A stretch of DNA of 64,000 nucleotides from Octopus vulgaris (Eukaryota): positions 37,076,001-37,140,000 of the forward strand of contig OX597816.1 of NCBI GenBank assembly GCA_951406725.2, in the 5' to 3' direction. Below, one piece after another: positions 52,151 to 64,000 of the stretch; position 1 is the first letter of the stretch, and each line of letters starts with the position of its first letter. The translations under genes were made by a program, and so were the position numbers. The notes beneath the pieces are model-generated. The model saw only the letters and a list, made by a program, of their open reading frames with translations. It searched no databases and was not told the DNA's origin.

Positions 52151-52329
52151 ATGGTGTATGTGTTCCCCAGCTGGACGGGACGCCAGTCCATCGCAGAGTT
52201 ACTCACTTTTGCCAGCTGAGTGGACTGGAGCATCGTGAAATGAAGTGTTTTGCTCAAGAACACTACGCGTCACCGAATCGAGACCACAATCTTACGATTA
52301 TGGTGCTGACACCCTAACCACACGCTTCT
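52151..52329 (-). mobile_element. SINE family C
   Basis: Matches 1135-1327. Confidence 0.88.
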
Positions 52330-52334
52330 ACGTG

Positions 52335-52374
<40 letters not shown>

Positions 52375-52554
52375 ATATATATATACATATATATATATTG
52401 TATATATATACATATATATATGTATGTATATATATATGTATGTATATATATATGTATATATATATATGTTTATATATACATATACATATATATATATATG
52501 TATGTATATATATACATATATATACCTACATATATATATACGTATATATATACA

Positions 52555-52585
<31 letters not shown>

Positions 52586-52590
52586 CATGA

Positions 52591-52845
52591 GGAAGCGCGT
52601 GGCTTAGTGGTTAGAGTGTCAGCACCATGATCGTAAGATTGTGGTCTCGATTTCTGGACCGGGCGACGCATAGTGTTCTTGAGCAAAACACTTCATTTCA
52701 CGGTGCTCCAGTCCACTCAGCTGGCAAAAATGAGTAACGCTGCGATGGACTGGCGTCCCGTCCAGCTGGGGAACACATACGCCATTCAAACTAGGTAACC
52801 GGGCCCGTGAGCCTGGCTAGGCTTTAAAAAGACGCATTTATTTAT
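52591..52845 (+). mobile_element. SINE family C, full length
   Basis: GGAAGCGCGTGGCTTAGTGGTTAG head through GGCTTTAAAA..(ATTT)n tail. Confidence 0.9.
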
Positions 52846-52859
52846 TTATATATACACAC

Positions 52860-54800
52860 AAAAAAAATAACAACGCGAGGACGTGGTACATTTAAATTAT
52901 TAGCAGACGCTCAGGAAAGGAAAGACAGATGGTTTAACGTTTCGCGCAGACGCTCTTCTTCGGAAACAGAGGAATGACCAATATAAGGGAAGATGGAAGA
53001 AGAAAGTCGCCAACGGTTCACATGTAGTTACATTTTGAAATGATCGCGAGGGAATGGGTGAAGAAAAAGTTCTTTCTAAGACAGGAGAGTGTAAGAGAAG
53101 GATGTATGTGTGTGTGGGTGTTATGTGCAAGTCTCTGTATGCGTGTAATAGCACGTGTGTGCGTATGTATGTGGATGTGTGGTGTGTGTGTGGTTTTAGC
53201 TGTTTATATGTGTATAAGTAAATTTTGTGTCGCTTAATGTTCTAGCAGGAGGGGCAGTTTGAAGTATGTGCGCGTATATGTACGTGTGTGCGCGTATATG
53301 TACGTGTGTGCGTGTATGTATATGTTGTGTGTGTATTCTGTGCGTAGTGTGTGCATGCATTTGTGTGGGTGCGTGTGTGTATGTGTGAATGTGTATGTGT
53401 GTGTGCGTGGGGTTGTGTGTGTTGAATATATGGAGTATATGTGCGTTCCTCTCCATGTGTGTGGGCGTGCGTGTGTATCCGTGTGTGTGTGCGTGTATGT
53501 GCGTGTGTGTGTATATGCCCACGTACGTGTAATTTCATTCGTGTATGCATGAGTGTATTATGTGTGTGGGGGGTGAATTCACATGGATGTGCGTGTGTGC
53601 GTGTTCATATGTGTGTGCACGTATTTGTATGTATGTGTGTGCGTGCATGTACTTGTATGTGGGGGGGTTGTGTTATTTGAAGGTATATGTGCGTTCTTGT
53701 GTGCGTGCGTCTGTGTGTGCGCGCATGTGTGAGTGTGTGTGCGTGTATATGTGCGTGTGTGTGTGTGGATGTATGTGTGTGTATGTAGGCGCATGTGCGT
53801 TGTGTGTATGTGTGGTATGTGTGGGAGGTATATGTCCGTTCTTGTATGTGCGCGGGAGCGTGTATCTTTTCGTGTTTGTGCATATGTGTGTGTGTGTGTA
53901 TGTAAGTGTACGTGTATATAGAAATAAAATAAAATATAATAAAATAAGATTAATAAAAAAGGGGGAAGGGTACAAGAAATAAAAAAAATACAAAAATTAG
54001 CAGATGCAAGACAAAAAATAAGAAATTAAATAATAAAAATTATTGGGATAAAATAGAAATTGATACAATTATAAAAAAAAGAAAGTAATACAATTATAAA
54101 AAATAACGCAATATAAAGTTAATACGACGGAGAGAAAATTATAAGAAAATGATAAAAAATCGAGAAGGGATAACAGTGTAAAATAGTAAGTGGTTATAAG
54201 GGAGGATAAAATATCATGAACTAAACTAAAATAAAATAAATAGAATAAAATGTTGCTCTTTTTAAGGAGTTTGTAGAGATAGTCTTTAAGCGGAGTGGGC
54301 TGTGTTGAGTCCGAGGGAATTTGTGTTTGTAGACTGAAAATGTAACGCTGTTCCAGGCGGAGTCGTGAGTATTGATACGTGGTGCAGGGTGAGGCCAAAG
54401 ACATATATTAGAGGGGGAGTGTTTGGCCAAGCGGAAATGCCGGGGACGGGGGTGTCCGTGAGTAGCTGAACATCTCTGCGATGTTCGGTGAACCGGTCGG
54501 CCAGCCGACTGCCCGTCTGACCTATGTAGCGTTTAATTCAGAGATAAGGTTTGAGGAGAAACAGGAGAAGGAGTTTCCAATGTGAAGAGTGTGCTGGTAG
54601 GAACCATTGAGGGAGGTGGTGTTGGTGATGAAAGGGCAGGTGGGATCTAGAGCAAGGGAAGGATCCGGGTGGGGCTGGGGGTAAGAGGATAAGGTGCTAC
54701 GGACCAGTAGATCACGTAGGTTTCGGGCGCATTTAAAGGACAAGGGTGGGTTTGGGAAAATGGGGTGGGTGGTGGTATCTAGCTGGAGACGACGGTAGGC
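52860..54800 (-). mobile_element. 5'-truncated Penelope-like element: GIY-YIG region remnant, CA-rich 3' region and terminal repeat with a variant hammerhead
   Basis: ARNLRDLLVRS, TCPFI, FSCFSSNLI, GQTGSRLADRFTEHRRD, RLRLEQRYIFSLQT (54290-54800); CCGAAGA..GAAACGTT motif at 52932-52967. Confidence 0.85.
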
Positions 54801-55201
54801 TTAAGCGCGAACTGTCGATGACAGTCGTGCACTGAGGTCGAGAGTATCGATTAACCCAGTCCAATCAGAAATTTCAGCCCTTCTGCCTATACTACACAAA
54901 CGGTAGTGGATTTGCAGAATTGCTAAAAAATGTTGCGTGCTATTTGTACTGCCTCTTAAAGATTTAATTCTAAATTCCACCGTGATCAACTTTGCCTTTC
55001 ATCCTACTGGATGAGGTAAAATAAAAACGGTCAAGACCAGTCTCCACCCGCAAATTTATGGTCATGTGCCGATGCTGAAACAATTATTTGAACGTACTTG
55101 GATGATTATAATGTAATAATTTTCTTACGTTTTCTTCGCAATTAATGTAAGAAAGAATGTAAGAATGTAGAAAGAGGAAATTGACGGATTAAACGTTTTG
55201 A

Positions 55202-55502
55202 CTGAAATTTCTGATTGGACTGGGTTAATCGATATTATCGACTTCAGTACTCGACTGTCATCGACAGTTCACTCTTAAGCCTTCCGTCGTCTCCAAGCTA
55301 GATACCATCACCCACCCTTGTCCTTTAAACGCGCCCGAAACCTACGTGATCTACTGGTCCGTAGCACCTTATCCTCTTACCTCCAGCCCCACCCAGATCC
55401 TTCCCTTGCTCTAGGTCCCATCTGCCCTTTCATAACCAACACCACCTCCCTCACTGATTCCAACTAGTACACTCCTAACATTAGAAACTCCTTCTCCTGT
55501 TT
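55202..55502 (+). repeat. Inverted duplicate of 54559-54877
   Basis: Reverse-complement match covering both PLE sequence and its flank; ~320-bp spacer. Confidence 0.93.
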
Positions 55503-56396
55503 GCTATTTTTATACCTGTCTGCCAAAAACATTTGAAGTCGGCTTCGGCATTATTTTCCCGATCTTCAATGTAATAATAACCGGTAGCAATACACTTGGC
55601 TTGATTTAATAATCACCAGTAGTAACACATTAGGTTTTGTATAATAATTATCAGTAACAATAAAGTAATTTAATGTAATGATCACCAATAAAAATTCAGT
55701 AGGTTTGTTATAATAATTACCAGTCGCAATACACTAGAATCGACCAAGTTGTTTCATATTTCACTTTACTAATATTATTCCAATATAATATTTCAGTAAT
55801 TAGAGAACAAAGGAGAGAAGTAGCCATAAAACATGAGGGAACTGTCTTAAGTGTCTTCATATAATAATGTTAATCACTTACGTTCTAAGATCAAATTTGA
55901 TTAGGGAATAATGAAAAGGATACTACTAATAAAGATTGTTGATCCAATAGTGATATATTTCGCTTCTACAAAATACACCAGTCAAATAGAGTATAAATTT
56001 AATAGAACTACATATCACCTCTAGAAAATCTACCAATAATAGAGTGGATTGCTTCACCTTTCAAAATGTTACTTTATAACTTTTCTCAAAGAATCACTAA
56101 ATAACAAGCTTCACCTTATGGAATTTACTAACGTATTAGAAATTCTTTTATTGCATAAATCATATTTATCCTTAACAATTGTGAGGTGTTCACAATACGA
56201 CACTGATTCGGTATGGTTCAATGGCCTGCATCTTCTATTAATCCTGCTTGAGTAAATACTCTCAAAAATAATTGAAAGTGGATCATGAAATAATTTACAA
56301 ATTATTTGCCTTCTTGGTTCAAATCGTGACATAGTCAACTTTACCTTTCATCCTTCTTAGGCCGATAAAAATAAGCTCCTGCCAAGTTTTGCCTTG

Positions 56397-56448
<52 letters not shown>

Positions 56449-57933
56449 TTCCCTCTCTCACTTGTTCAGAATTGTCTGTGCTGTGAAAATAATATGAACT
56501 AACCACTCTCAGTACCCCTTCCTCCAAATCAGCAACATTAACTCTATTGCAGTAGTAAAATGTGACACTATTTTAAATAAAATAGCCTTTTAAAAGAAAT
56601 TTCTACATAATTTGATGTAAGAATGTTTGATACTCAAAGTAGGCGTATCATCTGCTATACACATAAATTTAAATTTTTAAGCGCCGCCAATCCTATTATA
56701 ACACTATTAGAGCTACTCACACACTTGTCTTCTATGTTCTTAACATTTAACTGTAATAAGAACTTCCCAAATCTCATCAATACGTATTCACCAAAGAACG
56801 AAACACTTTCATACGGCTATTGTCTTATTATATCAGGAATATACTCAACAATGTCTGAAGGTGTCGTCATTATGGAATGTGGATGTTAACATATCTCTAT
56901 TCTTGTTAAAATTCAATTTATTATTGATGTTCAAATAAAATTATTATCTAAAGGCAGCTGAAGTATTTTATTGCTAAAGTTTAAAAGAAATTATTTCTTA
57001 TTCCTATATAATAGTGTAAGTTATAAATCAAATTAATGCATTCTGAGCCATCAATGAAGTAGAAGAATTATCACATATCTTATTCTATGATATATAAATA
57101 GTCTGCTACCTTTCCATTAATTTTCTTATGCACATTCAGCACAAAGCGTTGCATGGTATCTTAGTATTAAACGGAAATACGTTAAATAGTTCTTTCTTTT
57201 AGTAAAACTTAAATTATGCAATGAGTAATTATTGTATTTGATCCCTTGTCTCTAGTTCGTGTATTGCTTAAACTAATCAAATGGTGAGGTTAATTCTTTA
57301 AAGTCAACAGGCAAACAGAAGGGAAAATAACTATGAATCATTAAGAAAAAACAAATGAACGTTAGTCTGTAATTTTCAATAAACCTGTTATATAATTAGT
57401 ATTCGGGCAAGTTATTGTTCCTTCATTATTTCTCCTCCGAAAAGGTCATATTATTTTTAATGTTTGTTGAAATACATGATAGTGTTTTATACAAAGTGCT
57501 ATTAGTGGATTTGCAATTTTTTCCAGATAAAGCCTTTATTATAAAAATAACTGTGTGTATCTGAAGGTTCTTTCAGTTCTTTCCCCATTCCAAATATAAA
57601 CAAGTTAAATGTATTGGCGATTAATTATCTTAAAAGGTTATAAGAAAATAAATTTGCAAAACCTTTGGACAGGAGGATAGCATGTTTTGTAGTTTTAGTT
57701 TCATTTTCAATGTTCTCAAAATCGCATTGATATCTAGAGAAGTTTCAACTAGCCAAAAGCGGGACATGTATGCGTTTGCACTAGCTTCTAGAAAAGAGTT
57801 GTCAGTCTCATACAGATAACCTATAGTCTTGCAAAATGAAAAACAAGCTGAATACTATAGTCTAATGACGATGATGGTCCCAACTTGAATGGTACAATGA
57901 ATCAATTACTCAGTAAACGATGAAATTGAGTTA

Positions 57934-58438
57934 CCGTAAATCCTCGAGTATAGTCCGCCCTTGAGTATAATACGCAAGGAAAATTTAGGGGGCTGTACCT
58001 CTGAAAAACCTAAACCTTGTGTATAATACGCACCCCTTCTCTAACTTGAGTCAAGGAGGTCTATATAATATCCTTGGTTTGTGAAACCTTTATCATTATT
58101 ATATATATAACATAATGCAAAGTGTAGCTTTTTTGTGTGCATTTTGTTTGCAGAAAATAAAGAAGTAACAGTAATAACAATAATAACGTTTAATAAATGT
58201 TCCTTACTGCAAGTTATGGGTGATTCTTTTATGACTTCATTGCTTTCAGGCTTAGCTTAAGGTATTTTCGCGCCCGACATCACAAAATGCGTCTGAATAA
58301 ACAATGCCGGACAGCAAATAGAGACTCGGACATTGCTTAGAAAATAATTTTCATTTTTAACCTCGTATATAGTACGTACTAGGGATTTTGCCCATTAAAT
58401 TTTTGGGGGAAATGCGGATTATACACGAGGATTTACGG
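57934..58438. mobile_element. pogo/Tc2-like MITE (505 bp)
   Basis: TIR CCGTAAATCCTCGAGTATAGTCCGC / GCGGATTATACACGAGGATTTACGG with TA on both sides. Confidence 0.92.
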
Positions 58439-58512
58439 TAAGTAATAGCCACAATAGTAACATCAAGTATTTAGAAGACGAACACCAGCAACATGATGAC
58501 TCATTCTTTCTA

Positions 58513-59027
58513 TCTCTATATATAAAACTGAAATGCGTTTTTACCGCTTGGATCGCTTTCAATGCCACTACATCCCGTCCGATTCGCTCCAAAATTTACA
58601 GGGACATGTAGAATGAGGTGACGATGCTCGTGGGCAAGGTGTGGTTGCTAGGGACCATCTTCCTCACTCACCTTATTTCCTCCACTACCCTCTCACTCCT
58701 CTTCATTTGACAATGCCACTACCGTTATTTAATGTAAAGTCTTCTTCAAATCACTCTCTCGCTATTTCCTCTCTTCCAAGAACATTTTCACTCACTCTAT
58801 CTCTTAGCTTCCTATACATTTTACTCATGTATCTATCTGCGTTCATAGACAGAAACAAATATTACATCGCCATCGCCATCGCCATCGCATTCTATTGTCT
58901 ACCTGTCAACACACACACATACATATATACATATATCTAATATTATATTTTTATTTTTATGTTTTTGTTTTTTTACTGTTTCATTTCCCTATTAGTAGTT
59001 TGATCTCTAATTTAATTTCTACAGCGT

Positions 59028-59068
<41 letters not shown>

Positions 59069-62000
59069 TATGTGGCCCCAGTAGACCCGAATGAAATCGG
59101 GTTCTCTTCATCAAAATGTAAAAAGGGGTCTACAATTATCATCGCCACAACTTATGTTTTTCCTAATGATAATAATCATCGCCACCACCAACACACAATC
59201 ATGACAATCTTTCTCTTAAAACAAATCATGTTTACATTGCAAAATATTACATTTTCCCGTCCTCTCTTTCATATATGTGACCCAGGTTTGGGTGGCCGCA
59301 CAGCTACAATTAGACAACGGCTAAAAACATTCGATGTTGATAATGCCTGGATCGTTCCATTCAGCACTTTGCTTTCCAAAACATTTAATGCACACATTAA
59401 TGTTGAGTACTGCAGTTTGGTGAGATGCATACAATACCTCTGCAAGTACATTAATAAGGGCGATGATATGGCCGTGTTTGTGTTCAGTGATGAAGACCTT
59501 AGACATGACGAAATTAAACAATTCGGTTTGGGTAGGTATGTATCCTCCAATTATGCAGCGTAGCGCATTTTTGGATACGAGATTCATCTAAGCTCACCAT
59601 TAGTTTTTCACCTGAATGTTCATTTACAGAAGAGACAGCTGGTTTACTTCACAGAGAAAAATGCACGTCAAGTCATTGAAAATTCAAAAGGGACTACGCT
59701 TACAGCATTTTTTAAATTGTGTTCAGTTGATGAGTTTGCTGCTACTCTCATTTACCCTGAAGTACCGGAATATTACACATACAACAACAATAATTGGAAG
59801 CGCAGGTCACATGGAACAGAACTTGACAATTGGCCCGGTGTTTCTAGGAAGAACGTCATTGGGCGTATGTATAATATTCATCCTACCAAACAGGAAATCT
59901 TTTTGAGAATGCTACTTCATGTAGTTACTGGACCGAAGTCTTTTGCTGATCTTCGCACAGTTGATGGTATCATCTGCGCCACTTACAGGGAAGCATGTTT
60001 GAGGCGCGGACTTCTCAATGACGACCACTTTCACAGGACATTAGCAGAGGCCTCAAATTGTAAACTGCCATGGCAAATGCGTCGATTGTTATGTAGCATA
60101 TTAATCCACTGTAATCCCAGCAACTCTCTTAACCTTTGGGAATCGTTCAGACAGAGCCTATCAAGGGACATACAGGCTAATTTAGCGCTACGTGATGGCA
60201 ACGACGATGTTTATAATGAGGCATTAATCGACATGGACAGACACATCAGACGCTATGTTATACGCGGTTTAAGTGAATTCCATCTGCCAACACCTGTCCA
60301 TCATGAAGCGCCTTTGGATGTTGAATACATGTCAGAAAAAACTACAACATTGCCGAATTGACGGAAACAATTACGCGAGATGAACCAATACTTTTGCCTG
60401 AACAAAGAGAGATTTATAATGAAATTATTGACAGCGTTAGATTGAACCAAGGAAAGCTTTTCTTTTTGAATGCTCCAGGTGGTACTGGTAAAACTTTCGT
60501 TATTAATTTGATTCTCGCAAAGCTGCGCGCTGAACGTCGAATTGCCATTGCATGTGCCTCAAGTGGTATTGCAGCGACACTGCTTCAAGGCGGCCGTACG
60601 GCACATAGTGCATTCAAATTGCTCATGGACATTGGAAAGAAAGATAATCCTATATGTAATATAGATCGTAGTTCCTCAAGAGCAAGACTTCTTCGTGAAT
60701 GCAGTCTTTTTATTTGGGATGAGGCAAAAATGAGTAATAAGGCCATGTTTGAGGCTCTTGACAGAACTCTCCAAGATTTGCGTCACAATACAAAAATAAT
60801 GGGTGGAGCTACGTTTCTCATGGCAGGAGATTTTCGACAAACTCTTCCTGTTGTCCGAGCAGGCACTAGAGCCGATGAGGTTAATGCATGTATAAAGCAT
60901 TCTTATGTGTGGCGCAGTGTTATCAGTCGCCATCTTCAAACAAACATGTGAGTCCACCTACATGGTGATGTGGAGTCTGAGGCTTTCGCAAAACACCTAT
61001 TAGATCTTGGTGATGGAGTTTTGCCTTTCGGTGATGATGAGCATATTCGGTTGCCTTTTGGGAATTTCGTTCCAAATGTAGAAGAACTTATAAGAGCCGT
61101 TTTACCTGACGTCGAAACCAACTTCCAGGATCTCGATTGGCTAAGAGCAAGAGCTATTCTATCGCCTCATAATACAACAGCTCATGCTACAAATAAACAA
61201 GTACTGATATGAATCCTGGTGAGATAGTTTCTTTCATGTCCATCGATACAAATAAAGATGAGAATGATGCAGTCAAATATCCACCCGAGCTACTCAACAA
61301 GCTAACACCTCCGAGACTTCCACCTCATCATTTGTGTTTGAAAGTTGGTGCTCCAATCATGGTGCTCAGAAATATGGAAACGCCTGAAATATGCAATGGA
61401 ACCCGAATGGTTATTAGGAGGATTCAAAGCCATGTTATAACTGCTGAAATTTTGAGTGGACCATTTGTCGGAACAATCAAAATGATACATAAAATGAGTA
61501 TTTCACCCTCTGATGTTCCTATTCAGTTTAAACGCTTTCAATTTCCGATAAAACTATGCTTCGCGATGACAATCAACAAGTCACAGGGACAATCACTGGA
61601 CATTGTAGGCATTAACCTGTCACAACCGGTTTTCAGTCATGGTCAATTGTACGTAGCCTGTTCTCGAGTTGGAAATACACATAAACTCTTCATTCTTGGC
61701 AATCATGAGCGCACAAGGAACGTGGTTTATCAGGAGGCTCTGACAAAAGAAAACTGATTGTAAGTCATGAAATTTTGCTTGATTTTTTATTTTGCACCTC
61801 TTCATTATCTCTTCATTCTTGAAAATAAAGACATTAAAAAGAACATGGTTCATAAAGAACATTGGGTTCAGATGTTTGCAAACATTTGATCCAACTCATT
61901 CTCTTTATTCCTCATTTTCCGATTCCTTCTACGTCTCCATTAAACGGTTTTGTCAAGTTATTATTTCTTCGCTAACATAATACATTCATAAAGTGAATGA

Positions 62001-62315
62001 GTTGTTAATTACATTTTATACACTATTCCATTGTTTAGTTGGTGTCGAAAGGACTGGCATGTGTCACCATATAAACTCTCTCAGTCAAACTTCCAACTCA
62101 TGAGTTCACATCGTGATACTCTTTCTACAAAACTGAGCTGGGTGTGAATTCTAATTTCATTCACTATTACAGATTTTTTAATTTTTGAAACAAACACATT
62201 GCCTCTTTCGTTTTAAAACAATAAAACAATACTACCTTAATACATTGGTCCAACAAACAAAACATCCAACACTCTCATTCTTTTATGTATCTGTCTTCCT
62301 CCATCACTCACTCAC
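58513..62315 (+). mobile_element. Helitron with a degenerate RepHel; 3' end not seen (interrupted by a LINE)
   Basis: A|TCTCTATATATAAAA 5' end; RepHel remnant at 59280-61757. Confidence 0.88.
59280..61757 (+). pseudogene. Helitron RepHel pseudogene (Rep C-terminus plus Pif1 helicase)
   Basis: VDNAWIVPF..AHINVEYC..YLCKYINKG; APGGTGKT; IWDEA; GDFRQTLPV; MTINKSQGQSL; FSHGQLYVACSRV. Split by stops and frameshifts; HUH motif absent. Confidence 0.95.
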
Positions 62316-64000
62316 CCAATAAGGGTAATCTTTTCTTCTGATCGGGAGGCTTCAGTCTTTCTGAACAGAGCTCAGACGCATGCCTGGGAGGACCCCAATA
62401 TGGGTTTTCGCGAGGAATACTCACTAAGAGAGAGAATTCGCCGGAGGAACCTGATATCCGAGCTAAAGATGAGGAAACAAATGGGAGTGAAGGGTTTACG
62501 AATCCAAGATGGACAGATAATCAAGTCCTACCTCTGGTCCCATGCTGTAGTGCTGACAGGGAAAGTGATGTGAGGGCAAATCGAAGTGAAGTTGATACCC
62601 CCGTCAACGATGCTATCTCTGATGTCCTTTATTCTGCTTGTTCCCCAACTCCTGCCCCTCAGACTTCACAGCTCAGCATCGTCTACACCAACTCGTGCTC
62701 CTTATTCCCAAAGTTCAGTGAACTATTTACACTGGCCCTACGCGACTCCCCTGATGTGATAGCTATCACCGAGACTTGGCTGACTCCAGCAGTAAAGGAC
62801 TCAGAGATCCACCTGCAGGGCTACGTCCTTTTCAGATGTGACAGAGGAAAAAGGCGAGGTGGAGGTGTTGCTGTGTATGTTAAGTCTGAGCACAAACCGT
62901 CCTGCGGTATTCTACCCACAAATGCTCAACCTACAACCAAATTCGATGCCGTATATTGCAAGCTGAGCCTATCTGAGTTTTGCCTGCCCGTGTTGGCTGT
63001 CTACAGGCCGCCTCTAGCCGACCCCCAGGACGATGCTCATCTACTCGAGGCGATAAGATTCGTTTCAGCTTCGCATGACTGCTTGGTACTAGGCGACTTC
63101 AACGCTCCCACGATCGATTGGCCCGCATCAATTTGTACAACATCTTCCCGGTTCGGCCAGGCCCTTCTTGACGTGGCTGAAGATTGTTTTCTCTCGCAAC
63201 ATGTTGAATATCCGACAAGGCATCGGTCTGGGCAGCAGCCATCTATGCTAGATCTGGTATTCTCCCGCTATCCAAGATCAGTGTCAGACGTATCTGTGTG
63301 CGCCCCTCTTGCCAAGAGTGATCATGCGGTCCTGAAGTTCGTCATGCACACAACTTTTTCCACGCCCACGATTACTTCGCTGCCACGTAGAGTCTTCTCT
63401 GCAATTAATCTTGAAATTCTAACCGAGGCTTCCGCGCTTCTGGACTGGCGTTCCCTGATGACGTTGTCCTCAGTTGACGAACTATGGTCATCCCTCAAAG
63501 CATATGTAATCTGTTTGACTGACCAGGCAGTTCCCGTTGGACTTCCCAAGAGGAAGAAACACAAGCCCTGGGTGACGAAGAAGGTTAAACGAGAACGTCG
63601 ACTCAGAGATATTGCTTGGGCTGAATTCAAAAATCTGGATTCGACTGCAGCTTTTGAGGTGTACAAAACTCAACGAGACCGAGCCGTGAAAATTGAAAAG
63701 AAAGAACGCTTCAGTTATGAATACAAAATCGCGGCAAATGCCAGTAGCAATCCAAAAACCTTCTTTGCCCATGTCCAGCGGAATTCCCGCTTGAACAACC
63801 AGATTGCAACGTTGGTAGACTCAACAGGCGTATCGATTGAGGACCCTTATCAACAGAGTCAATTATTTGCCGAGGCTTTTTCAACTATTTTCAAACAAGA
63901 TGATGGTCGTGAACCCCTTCCATTTGATAGATCGGTACCTCCAATGCTTCGATTGATCATCACGCGGGACCAAGTCAAACGTGTTATTCAGGGCCTCGAT
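62316..64000 (+). mobile_element. Young CR1-like LINE (ORF1 C-terminus plus intact ORF2 start), runs off the window
   Basis: Abrupt rise in GC; ORF1 tail PIRVIF..RERIRRRNLISELKMRKQMGVKGLRIQDGQII..* with stop at 62571-62573; ORF2 carries an APE endonuclease. Confidence 0.93.
62342..64000 (+). CDS. LINE ORF2: apurinic-like endonuclease and linker (partial; missing from the ORF track because it has no stop in the window)
   Basis: Hand translation is open throughout: IVYTN, DVIAITETWL, RGGGVAVYV, VYRPP, LGDFN, LDLVFS, SDH, KPWVT, NPKTFFAHV. Confidence 0.9.

Noticed and set aside
59280-61757. Host PIF1 helicase gene
   Set aside because: Intronless, preceded by Helitron Rep motifs and a TC 5' end, and broken by stops and frameshifts.

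Overview
AT-rich eukaryotic genomic DNA, dense in microsatellites and transposon debris. The SINE families and repeat style suggest an octopus or other coleoid cephalopod; this is inferred from repeat recognition, not from a database search. I found no convincing host protein-coding gene, and most ORFs in the track are microsatellite or antisense artefacts. Retroelements: a Ty3/Gypsy gag-protease remnant with LTR and PBS, two R4/Dong-like RLE elements (one near full length, between (TAA)n tracts), two young CR1-group LINEs, Penelope-like (PLE) pieces and three tRNA-derived SINE families. DNA transposons: several Tc1/mariner/maT elements, hAT, pogo and 9-bp-TSD MITEs, and three Helitrons. Highlights: (i) an intact minimal type I hammerhead ribozyme at 5258-5315 inside a ~345-bp unit bounded by (TA)n, plus five variant or degenerate hammerhead motifs in PLE-type termini, three of them starting CCGAA (U4C); (ii) a CR1-like LINE whose AUG-less ORF2 overlaps ORF1 in the -1 frame, with two in-frame slippery heptamers; (iii) a templated-insertion repair scar in the Dong element; (iv) a Helitron insertion whose empty site lies 1 kb away. 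All alignments and folds were done by eye; element boundaries lacking TIRs or TSDs are approximate.
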